Under the pieces are notes generated by a model. The model saw nothing but the letters and a program-made list of their open reading frames with translations. It did not search any database and was not told the origin of the DNA. Made by a program: the position numbers and the translations under genes. From assembly GCF_004010195.1 (NCBI RefSeq), contig NC_057718.1, positions 57,365,023 through 57,429,022 of the forward strand: a stretch of 64,000 nucleotides of DNA, given 5' to 3'. Below, one piece after another: positions 1 to 12,100 of this stretch. The stretch comes from Chiloscyllium plagiosum (taxonomy: Eukaryota). The number at the start of each line of letters is the position of its first letter. Position 1 is the first letter of the stretch.

Positions 1-2227
1 GGTGTCAGTGGGGGTGCACTTTGAGGCCAGCGACCATAATAAAAGAAATGGATAGACCAGATCTAAAAGCTGAAGTTCTAAATTGGAGAAAGGCCAATTT
101 TGACAGGATTAGGCAAGAACTTTCGAAAGCTGATTGGGGGCAGATGTTCACAGGACGGCTGGAAAATGGGAAGCCTTCAGAGTCCAGAGAAAGTATATTC
201 CTGTCAGGATGAAAGGAAAGGCTGGTAGGTATAGGGAATGCTGGATGACTAAAGAAATTGAGTGTTTGGTTAAGAAAAAGAAGGAAGCATATGCAAGGTA
301 GAGACAGGATAGATCGAATGAATCCTTAGAAGAGTATAAAGGAAGTAGGAGTATACTTAAGAGGGAAATCAGGAGGGCAAAAAGGGGACATGAGGTAGCT
401 TTGGCAAATAGAATTTAAGGAGAATCCAAAGAGATTTTACAAATACATTAAGGACAAAAGGGTAACTAGGGAGAGAATAGGGCCCCTCAAAGATCAGCAA
501 GGCCGCCTTTGTGTGGAGCTGCAGAAAATGGGGGAAGATACTAAATGAGTATTTTGCATCAGTATTTACTGTGGAAAAGGATATGGAAGATATAGACTGT
601 AGGAAAATAGATGGTGACATCTTGAAAATGTCTAGATTACAGAGGAGGAAGTGCTGGATGTCTTGAAACTGGTAAAGGTGGATAAATTCCAGGACCTGAT
701 CAGGTGTGCCCGAGAACTCTGTGGGAAGCTAGAGAAGTGATTGCTGGGCCTCTTGCTGAGATATTTGCATCATCGATCGCCACAGATGAAGTGGCAGAAG
801 ACTGGAGGTTGGAAAAAATGGTGCCACTGTTTAAGAAGGGTGGTAAGGACAAGCCAGGGTTGTATAGACCAGTGAGCCTGACATCTGTGGTGGCAAGTTG
901 GTGGAGGGAATCCTGAGGGACAGGATGTACATGTATTTGGAAAGGCAAGGACTGATTAGGGATAGTCAACATGGCTTTGTGCATGGGAAATCATGTCTCA
1001 CAAAATTGATTGAGTTTTATCAAAAAGTAACAAAGAGGATTGATGAGGGCAGAGGGATAGAGGTGATCTATATGGACTTCAGTAAGGCGTTCAACAAGGT
1101 TCCCTATGGGAGACTGATTAGCAAGGTTAGATCTCATGGAATACAGGGAGAACTAGCCATGTGGATACAGAACTGACTGAAAGATAGAAGACAGAGGGTG
1201 GTGGCGGAGGGTTGTTTTTCAGATTGGAGGCCTGTGACCAGTAGAGTGCCAGGAGGATCGGTGCTAAGTTCTCTACTTTTTGTCATTTACATAAATGATT
1301 TGAATGCAAGCATAAGAGGTACAGTTAGTAAGTTTGCAGATGACACCAAAAAAATTGGAGGTGTAGTGGACAGCGAAGAGGATTACCTCGATTACAACAG
1401 GATCTTAACCAGATGGGCCAATGAGCTGAGAAGTGGCAGATGGAATTTAATTCAGATAAATGCAAGGTGCTTCATTTTGGGAAAGCAAATCTTAGCAGGA
1501 CTTATACACTTAATGGTAAGGTTCTAGGGAGTTTGCTGAACAAAGAGACCTTGGAGTGCAGATTCATAGCTTCTTGAAAGTGGAGTCGCAGGTAGATAGG
1601 ATAATGAAGACGGCGTTTGGTATGCTTTCTTTTATTGGTCAGAGTATTGAGTACAGGGGTTGGGAGGTCATGTTGCGGCTGTACAGGACATTGCTTAGGC
1701 CACTGTTGGAATATTGCGTGCAATTCTGGTCTTCTTCCTATTGGAAAGATGTTGTCAAACTTGAAACAGTTCAGAAAAGATGTACAAGGATGTTGCCAGG
1801 GTTGGAGGATCTGAGCTTTGGGAGAGGCTGAACAGGTTGGTGCTGTTTTCCCTGGAGCGTCGGAGGTTGAGGGGTGACCTTATAGAGGTTTACAAAATTG
1901 AGGGGCATGGATAGGGTAAATTGGCAAAGTCTTTTCCCTGGGGTCGGGGAGTCCAGAACTAGAGGTTTAGGGTCAGAGAGGAAAGATATAAAAGAGACCT
2001 AAGGGGCAACGTTTTCACACAGAGCGTGTTACGGCTATGGAATGAGCTGCCAGAGGAAGTGGTGGAGGCTGGTACAATTGCAACATTTAGATAGGTATAT
2101 GAATAGGAAGGGTTTGGAGTGTGCTGGCAGGTGGGACTGTTTTGGGTTGGGTTATCTGGTCAGCATGGACTGGTTGGACCGAAGGGTCTGTTTCCATGCT
2201 GTACATCTTTATGACTCTGACTCTATA
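1..2227 (+). mobile_element. CR1 LINE, ORF2 (RT) and 3' UTR, frameshifted; begins before the window
   Basis: [60 protein letters not shown]; tail tatgactctgactctat. Confidence 0.95.
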
Positions 2228-2495
2228 ATTGAACTTAATTCGCCCAGCTGCCGAGATAGGATTTAAATGTACCTCTCTAGAATATTCTTTCAGGTCTTTT
2301 AATTACTTGTACAGTCATCTTACCACTGTACTCTCTCTCTTGTTCTCACATCCTCAATCTGGATTTGTTTTATAATTTATATAACACGATTGCTTCAATT
2401 GGTCAATACTTCTTTGCCACATTCTACAACTACGACCTATGGTAGTCTACTCAGAAATGGTAGACGATGAACTTGATGGACTTGGCTATTCTTCA

Positions 2496-2715
2496 GAGAG
2501 AAAGTGAGGGCTGCAGATGCTGGAGATCAGAGCTGAAAATGTGTTGCTGGAAAAGCGCAGCAGGTCAGGCAGCATCCAAGGAACAGGAGAATCGACATTT
2601 CGGGCGTAAGTCCTTCTTCAGCCCTCCTGAAGAAGGGCTTATGCCCGAAACGTCGATTCTCCTGTTCCTTGGATGCTGCCTGACCTGCTGCGCTTTTCCA
2701 GCAACACATTTTCAG
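2496..2715. mobile_element. Penelope-derived fold-back mini-element with hammerhead cores on both strands
   Basis: 91-nt arms at 2531-2621 and 2627-2717 (3 mismatches); 15-bp TSD cttggctattcttca at 2481-2495 and 2716-2730; same sequence as the termini of the PLE at 50717-52444. Confidence 0.85.
2627..2654 (+). ncRNA. Minimal hammerhead ribozyme core (PLE type)
   Basis: CTGAAGA-A-GGGC-ttat-GCCC-GAAA-CGTC. Confidence 0.7.
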
Positions 2716-3052
2716 CTTGGCTATTCTTCATCCAGCCTCTACTGTACTACAATATTAATGTTCAAATAGCTCTTACAATTAGAATATGCATACGGCCTGT
2801 AGATGCAAATTTATTGAAACACTGATACACATGGATCATATGGCCTGCAGTTAACTCCTTGAGTGAGAATGGTTCCACCAATTTGAACAGACATTTCAAT
2901 GACCTCTGCATCGAGTCCTTGTTGAAGATTTTAAATATAACATTGTATCACATTTTCTACTATGTTAAATTTTGCTCGATAAATTGTGGGCTTTATTGAT
3001 CACAAGCATAGAGAATTTAGCTCTCTATATAATAAATACATGCAGATCATAC

Positions 3053-3110
3053 CTCTCAACAGTTCTTCTGTTTCAAGTCTGATTTTATTAATGGCATCAT
3101 CTCTTGAAAC
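3053..3110 (-). CDS. PNPT1: PNPT1 exon 11
   Basis: aag|[19 protein letters not shown]|gtatga. Confidence 0.95.
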
Positions 3111-6100
3111 CTTAAAGTGATAAATAATTTAGAATCATATTAATTTAAAAAGTCCAAATTAGATTGCTATTCATAATTAGTGTAATTTATAGTGACTTAC
3201 TTTGTCATAAGTGAAGTCTGAAAATACACCACGGACCTTCTCAGAAGCAAATCTGAAGAACAAAAGCAAATTATTTTACAGTCTCTTACAACATTTTATT
3301 GGATAAACTTCATTGGAGACTTGTTTTCTAATTGGAATATACACAAGTAATGTGCCTATTTAACAACATTATAAGTAAATTTCCCTTCCCTTCCCCTGCA
3401 TTCCCCCTCCTCACCCCAACCACTATTATGTAAGCAACAGTTAAGAACTCTTTAGAAAAACTGAGCACTCAAACCAGAAAACTTTATGAAAATACTGATT
3501 GCAATGATGGGGTTGCGGTGGTGAAGTACTGGGTCAGCTTTATATTTGAAATGGTCATTGCTTGAGGAATTGGAAATAACCAAAGAACCACTAAAGAGGT
3601 TCATTTTATTCATTTGATCTTTTGAAACAGATAATTTAAATTTTGGATAAGTCAAATTCAAACTTCTTGGCATTAATGGACATTAGACTCATCTACCAAC
3701 ATTAAAAATAACTTTTGGGAATATAAACAAAAACTTCATTGTACTATATTACATTCCTACATCACAAACTTTATAGCCCTGCTCGAAGGACTCCATAAAT
3801 TCAACTAATGAACATCAATATTCAGAACCAGAGTAGATTTATGGACATGTAAAGAAGCTTCATGAATAACATTTATGGAAAGGAGGCAAAAGAAAATACG
3901 ATAGTTATTAATCAACATTTTGGATCAGAATAACTTTAATCATTAGTATATTTTTGGGTTAAAAGTAAATTTGATATAAAAGAAATTTCCCTTATGGTTA
4001 CTAAATTGAAAATGTAATTTACATAATTCTACTACAAACCACAAGGGCAGGTAACAAATGATTTGTTGCGTGTGTTTGATGCCCATTTTGATTTTAAAAA
4101 TATACAATTTATTGTTTGTCAATCTTTTATAAATTTGTTATTTTTACTTTTGTGGAGTTCTCTTCCAGCTATATGTGTGGGACACAGATTCTCAGCCGAT
4201 AGAACATCCTTCAGACTTCACCAATTTTCCCATTTCCAGTGTATAACCAGTTTTGAGTATTCATACTTCATCAGTTCTTGATTATTTTCTCACTCCCTCT
4301 TGGATCTCCAAGTCAGAAACAACGTTCTGTTATCATACTTCTGTAGCCAATTGCTAGGAGGTGGTTTGAATGACAGGTGCACAAATCTACCCTGTTTGTT
4401 GCTTCTACATTCAGGACAGCGCTGATTTTGAAAACATCTTTTGGACGGATTTCTAAATATAAATTTAGACATGCAAGAAACATATGGATCTCAACAGATT
4501 GGATTAACACAGTCTGAACCATGAAAGTGAATGTGGAGGCTATTCTGTACAATCGCACTCAGATGGCTTTACTGCTGCAGAACCTATTACTTATACAGTA
4601 AGTGCACAATATCATTAGATGGTAGTTGGAAGACTTCTTTGCTCAAACTCTCACGTGTTAAAGCAGCATATGAACATTCCTCTTTTCCAAAATAAAGCAC
4701 ATGGTCAGTGCTTTGAACCTCTGGTGAGCAATATCAGGAGTTTTCTGACACAAACCTAGAGGCCGCCAAGCCATGATATAGTGGTTTGCAGCACCATCAT
4801 GGTATTTGGCTCAATCGTGTACATTCACTCCTCTAAACAAGTTCTCCTGAAGATGTCGACAATAAGTAAAATATAACTGGAAGAGAACTCCACAAAAGTA
4901 AAAATAACAAATTTATAAAAGATTGACAAACAATAAATTGTATATTTTTAAAATCAAAAGGATAATTGCATGCCATTAAGCTCAAGCAATTTAGAGTTAC
5001 GAAGAAATGCCACACATTGAGTATAATTTCATCTTCTGCAATTATTTCACACTTCATAGTCTTAGTAGTATATTGTGCCCTAGGTTAGTCACCCAGTACT
5101 GATTGTCACAGCATTCTTTAACTTCTGTGGAAGACCCTTCTGACTTCTTTTTGCAACCTTGTGGATATAGTTCATCCATTTTCATGAAGATTTGCAATTC
5201 TCACCAATCAAGAATTCCGGACTTACTGTCTTGCATATTCTACTATTTCTGCAGGAGGAACAAATATCTTCTGAGGTGTCCTTTTTGGATTTCCGTGTTC
5301 TTTAGCTAGCTGTTGAATGGCCAATATGATTTGTTGCGTGTGTTTGATGCCCATTTTGATAGCGTGACAGAAGTCCTGTTGCAACACATTCTCCGCTGCT
5401 GCGTCCATCATGACTAGTAAATAGAAAAAAAATGAACTGATTAATTTAATTGATTTCCTTAAAGGTCATGACAACTACCTATGAAATACCTTTATTAGAG
5501 CTTGTTTTCAAAATTTTTTGAAGTATGAGCATTACTTATTGCCAATATAAAAGGAATTAAAATGGGATTCAAATAAAGTTCAGCAGCCAAAAATCAACAA
5601 ACAAATTGACACCCCGCTCTACAGAGTTCAAAGTATTTTAAGTTTTTGCCAAATTTTAAGGCACTATGAGTAATATTATAACAGTAAACATTGCCAACGC
5701 GCCCCAAAATATAGCTCCTGTATGCAGGACTCTAAACCATGACAGAAATGATGTACACATTACGAAGCATACTGCACAACTATAAACATTGTTAGGTTTA
5801 CTTATGGTTCTATGCTACTATGTCTCCTTCTGAAAATGACCAGAGAGAAAAAGTTTCCAGCCCTCTAGGCCTTCCAGCTAGGGGCGGCACAGCGGCTCAG
5901 TGGTTAGCACTGCTACCTTCCAGTGCCAGGGACCGGGGTTTGATTCCGGTCTGTGTGGAGTTTGCACATTCGCCACGTGTCTGTGCTTTGGTTTCCTCCC
6001 ACAGTCCAAAAATGTGCAGGTTAGGTGGATAGGCATGATAATTAGCCCATAGCGTCTAGGGAATGCAGGCTAGGTGGATTAGATTAGATTAGATTCCCTA

Positions 6101-9100
6101 CAGTGTGGAAACAGGCCCTTTGGCTCAACAAGTCCACACCGACCCTCCGAAGAGCAACCCACCCACCTCTGACTAATGCACCTAACACTATGGGCAATTT
6201 AACATGACCAATTCACCTGACCTGCACATCTTTGGACTGTGGAGGAAACCGGAGCACTCAAAGGAAACCCACGCAGACACGGGGAGAATGTGCAAACTCC
6301 ACACAGACAGTTACCAGAGGCTGGAATCGAACCTGGAACTTTGGTGCTGTGAGGCAGCAATGCTAATCACTGAGACAGCGTGCCGTACCTAGTCATGGGA
6401 AATGCAAGGTTACAGGGATGGGGGAGCTGGGTTTGGGTGGGATGCTCTTCCATGTGTCAATTTGGATTTGATGGACCAAGTGGCCTGTTTCCACACTGTA
6501 CAATGCTATTAAATGAGGAAATTGAGTTAAGGCTACAAGGTGCCTTTCCACTGATTTATCTCTATTTCTTTTCTTCGTAGAAAGAATCACCCCGAAAAAC
6601 GTCAGGAGATCTGGAATTTATCATGCACAGTAAAAAGGCAATGAACTTCTGCACACTCTACAACACATGATATTTGAGCGTAAATCTTCTGCACAGATTA
6701 GCACCATTATTATAATGTGGTCTAGCAACCTTTCATGTGCATTATCCTTGTAATTAAAAGTCTTTCCTTGCTTAATGTATGCAACTTTAGAAACAAACAC
6801 AAACTGATTCATTAATATTAAATAAATGGACTGTGATACATTTTATACTTGTTACAAAAACATTAAATACCATAAAATGCAGCCGCACATCCCTGATGAA
6901 GCTTTTGGACTTTCAAAATAGAATAGTTAATATTAAAGCTGTTAGTAAACATGACAGTGTGTAAATATTTTACTGCATAAACATATTTTTGAATTGGCAG
7001 GGAACAGCTGATGAGTGAAGATCAAATCCTCACCAACTTGGCTATGAGGTCCACCAGCCAGTACCATGTTTAAAGTACTTAATGCCATCTCTTTTCGAGT
7101 TGGGTTAATCACAACTTCGCCATCCACAAGGCCAACCCTTACAGCACCTGAAAGGGGAATGCAGAATAGAGTGAGTGTCATTTTTAAACAACTGTTGTTG
7201 TTAGGCAGAAAGCAATACGATCCTGAAGGCATAGTATTGATGAAAAGTACAAGGCAGTAAATATTGCAGAGAACGCATACTAGCTTGTGGAAACAATAAC
7301 ACTTTCAGCTATATCAGTAGCTTATAGTTGGCTTATTGACAGATCTTTCTCACACAGGAACTTAAAGTCTAAATGCAGAGAGTCATAAAAGCAGCAGAGA
7401 ATGTCATTTGGCCTATTGAGTCCATGACTCTGTAGAGTAATCGGGGTCTCATTCTGTAATAACTACATTCATGTAACCCTGTAAGTTTATTTTTCTCAAA
7501 TGTCTATTCCATTTCTTTTTGGAATCATTCATAAGCTCCACTTCCATCACCTTTGTTGGCAGTCAATTCCAGGTCATTATCAATCATAAAACAAAGAGTG
7601 GAGGATGCTGGACATCTGAAACAAACACAATGAGAAATTGCTGGAGAAACTGAGCAGGTCTGGTGCCTTTTCTCTCCACAAGTACTACCATATCTGCTTA
7701 GTTTCTCCACCAACTTGTTTTTTTTTTGTTTCACTTCTCCCTATTTCTTCTGCCAAAGTGCACCACTTTACACTTTCCCTGCATAAACCTCAATCTGTCA
7801 ATCCATGGACTTTCTGTCCACTCCAGTTGATTAATATTTTCTTCACTGACTGTCACACTTCTAATTTGGCATCAATGGAAAACTTTGAAATTTTACTCTG
7901 TATTCCAATATCCAGCTTATTTAACGCATGTACTATCCTTTTTGCCATCCCCCAAACTGACACAGATCAGCCTCAATTTTGTTAAGTAGACTTTTGTAGT
8001 ACTTTGCTCAAACATTTTCTTAAAAATGTGTATGTACAGATCACTCATTTATAAACACGCACACCTACCAGTTTCCTCATCATCAACCTTTGTTACTTCG
8101 AAAATTAATTAGTCGAGCATGTTTTCCAATTTACAAAATCCATGCTGAATCAACTTTGACCTCTCCAAGTGCCTGTTGAGAGATTTTCTCTCACAATTAT
8201 CACTTCTAAAATCCTACTCACCATTTATGCCAGAATTCACTATTTATGCACCCTTTTTAATTGTCTCAGCCAATTTTCTATCTGGCCATGAAAAAGGGCT
8301 CTCGATTTGATACATTTACTTTTCACGCTTGTTCAAAGAAACTATGCTGCACCTGAACAATGCCTTCCTTACCACTCCCCAGTATCAGACCCAGCATTCT
8401 TATTTGAACCAAGTACATATTTCTCCAGAAAGTTCTCCTGAATACATTGAGAATAACATTATTCAAATTGTAATTTGGGTAATTAAAGTCCCTCCAATAT
8501 CAATTTTCTGCCTTCTCATACAAATCTGCAATCTCCCTGCTGATGTGTTCCTTTCAGTCTGTGTCTCTCACTAATTTGCTCTATTTGAAGGCTACAAAAT
8601 ACTTCCAATAGAGAGTGAACATACCATTTTTGCTTCTCAGCACTAACCAAATGGATTCTGTCCTTTGCCCTTCAAGGCCATTGGCTATTTGCCCCATGAC
8701 AATATCTTCCAAACCAATACTGCCACCCCACCTACCATTTTAACTTCAATACTTTTTATGAACTTTGATCCTTGAATACGAAGCTCCCAATATTCACCAT
8801 ATTAAGATTCTGTTAGTGCTACACATTCCATTTCCATGCAAATACTTGTCTGTGCTCACTTCTGCACCACACTTGGTGCATTTACATACATACACTGCAA
8901 ACCTATCTTTGCATTCCTTGTAGCTCTCCTTATTCTGCTTCAAAAACATTACTTTCTTCTCTAGTCCATTATGTACCATAATCTTCTTATCTGCTTCTAT
9001 ATTTTGGTGCTCCTCTCCTTGACCCTCTTTAACAACATATGTAAACTGTTGCATGAGGGCATTGGCCCCCTGTTGGTTGAAATGCAAGTATACTTTTCAA

Positions 9101-12100
9101 ATAGATGGTTCCTTCTGTGAAATGGTCCCAAGACCAAGCATCTGAAGCCCTTGCTTCGACATTTTGCCTGAAGGCATACCTTTATATTCCCAGTCTCACA
9201 ACTCTGCTCAGCAGTGCATTCTATAAAGTATCCTCCTTAGGCAGTCCCAGGGGATTCAGCATGACTCACGTATGCTCGGGTTTGATGCTTTCGGAGATGG
9301 TTAATGAGTCCGATGTGCAATCTGTAGGTTCAGCCACATGTGAAGTAAGTGGCACTTAAAACGCAGACAAATTAAGTATTGAGGCTTGTGCATTCTGACA
9401 CCTTGATTGGCCTCTTCATGTTACTGTTGAAGTTTCTCAAAGCATTCAGTGCCTTTCAAAACAAACCTTCTTCATTTTGACAAAGACTCCCATAAATTTG
9501 AGGGAATGTTTGATCTCTTCAGGGATGTCCTCAACACATGCCTTAATGCATCTGCTGCACTCCTGTGAATCTCTAGGCAGTACTGAGTTTGAAGAAGAGG
9601 AATTGCTTCAGGAGGTTTGGTGTTGAGTGCATAAATGCCACGTCCTGCTCAGCAGACTGTGTTAAGTTATTACAACTGCCACGCTCAACATGCTTGTTTG
9701 GGTGTGGATGCTGCTGTTGGACTGCTTTTCTTGTCACTGGATTTAGAGAACATTACATAGCTACCACTGGTGACACTTCTACAGTGTTTTCAGGTGCTTG
9801 CAGTAAGCTGTTAAGTCCCCTGAAACATATAGCATGGGGATCACTGCTGACTGCTAAAACACTGCTTTCATCTTCAGCTTGAGACCTTGGTCATCAAATG
9901 CTCTTTCCCAGGTGGCCAAAGGCTGAACTTGCTTAGGGAATGATCAAGATCAAGATCCTACTTTTTAAAACTTCCTATCTTCTGAAAATCTGACAGTCGG
10001 ACCCCAATACATACTCACTTTAAGTCACTGGTATCAGTGTGAACAAGTAGGGGGATCAATGGTTATAGGGGAAGGGCAAGAAAATGTAAGCAAGGAGTGT
10101 CGGATCCACCATGATCCCAGTGAATGGCAGAGAAAGCTCAAGGGGACAAGAGGGCTACTAACTCTGGTTCACTCCTTCCAAGTCCCTACCCCACAGAATA
10201 TTCTGTGCTCTTTCTATGATATTCTTTAACTCCACCTGGGAGGCAATAAATCTTGTTGGATTTATGATAGCTACAGAGATGTCCACCAGTGCCCCTAACC
10301 ATGGAATCTCAAACAGTTTACCCCTCTCCTTGACAATTAATGAATGCCTCAAGGCCATTCCCAGCAACCTCAGAAGTCAAGTACCAGCTTGAAAGACTTC
10401 CTACTCTTCTGGATTGTCAATTTACTGTTCTGAACTTTCTCTGCCAGTAGGGTGACCATTATTTTGAATATATAATCCAGGAAAATATTATCCTCTCTGA
10501 TGGTCTGCAGTGATTGTAGCTGTCATTTAAACTTGGGCCCTCCCAACACACATGAAATGTCCTCAGGTCCCTATATGATGCAGTAATTGCAAGCAAGAGG
10601 TCTTTATCCATAAATCATTGAAATAAAATCTGTTCCTTCTTTGAAAATATACTTAATGCTTTGTATAAGCTAATAAATCAACATTATGCTTTTAGCATCT
10701 ACTCCCTTTGTAAGGACGAAGAAGGCAATTCATTTATTATTTTCTCATTATTTGAGAAGTTTGTTGAGAAAATGAATGAATAAACTGCTTCTATATAATG
10801 CTAATGTTGCATTGAATTGCCAGATTATGTTCCTGTAGACCACTTTATTGCCCTATTTGGACAATTTGCAAAACTATTTTCATGAGCAGTTGCTGACAAG
10901 ACTTGGAACTTGCTTTATGAATGCATTTGTAAATATCATGTGGCATCTTAATAGCTAAGAGCACAGTTTGCATTACCGTCAATACAACATTTCAGATTAC
11001 AAACACAGGTTGACTTCAGAAGTCTTGCTTTAAAGTTTACCCACCTATAGGACCATTCCATGGTACGTCAGACAATGCCAAGGCTGCAGAGGCTGTCAAA
11101 ATAGAATGGAAAAGTTAGAGCATGGAAATTCTGGTACGTATGAAAATATAGCAGCCCAAATGTTCACAATGAAAAAAATACATTGTGGATACGTAAAAAT
11201 CATATGAAAACAATCAGCAAATCACATTTCAGTGTTTTCAGAAAGTTGCCGTAAACTGTAATAGCGAGTGCTTAAAATGGTCATACTTTGCCAACCTGAA
11301 AAGTAGTGCAACAACTTCTCCCTCAAAACTTGAGCTACAACTACAGATCGAACTTTAGAGTTATGACTCAAAAATAGATGCCGCTGGTAGTATGAGAAAC
11401 TTGAAGTGAAATGTTATCGTAAGCATGTAGAGTTTTTACACTGAAGACAATTGATAATTTCAGTACAACTTGTACCTTTTCTAAAGAAAGTGCATCCCTC
11501 CCACCAATCTTGTGTTTCAGCTCAAATTCATTTACACACCTGTTGATGGCAGATCTGACATGAACCTATGCAATTCAGTTGGGTTTTAATCAGCAATTGG
11601 ATAATATTTTGCTTTAAAAACTTTTCTGCATTATAGCTGAATGTGATAACCTGGTAAAGTTTAAATAATTCCACTGAAAATAAGTTTATCATAAAAATAA
11701 GTATTAAATTGTAGCATCATCTACAGCTAACTTGATTTTAAAAACGATCAAAATGATTCTTATAATAATTATTTTTTCATAAAGTTTAGATAAAACGGAA
11801 TTAAATTCAAATTTGGTCTTGATTTTGTCATTATTTTGGGTTATGGAAATATTCAGAAAATCATGATGACAACAACAAAGGCCAGAGTGTTTTGTTGCAA
11901 CTTTAAAGCAGTGTGTGACTTTTCCATCAGATATTAAGAGCAACACTAAAATTCAAGATTTAAAACTCTGATGGTATATGCTCAGACAGATTCGTAATGG
12001 AATTTTAGTGGCTATATGGGTAGGGGTGATGGTGGAAATCAACAACCAAGTTTTAAGTCTACAATTGGTTGTTGCATCAGCACGAAAAAAACAAAACACC

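Noticed and set aside
2467..2769. Recurrent peptide MCCWKSAAGQAASKEQENR as a gene family
   Set aside because: Translation of the non-coding Penelope terminal repeat.
4175..4870. Possible DNA transposon or gene between the 83-bp inverted repeats
   Set aside because: No TSD and no recognisable protein; the exon 9 fragment at the junction favours template switching.
5881..5950. tRNA-like sequences
   Set aside because: SINE heads; no cloverleaf, and followed by a V-domain.
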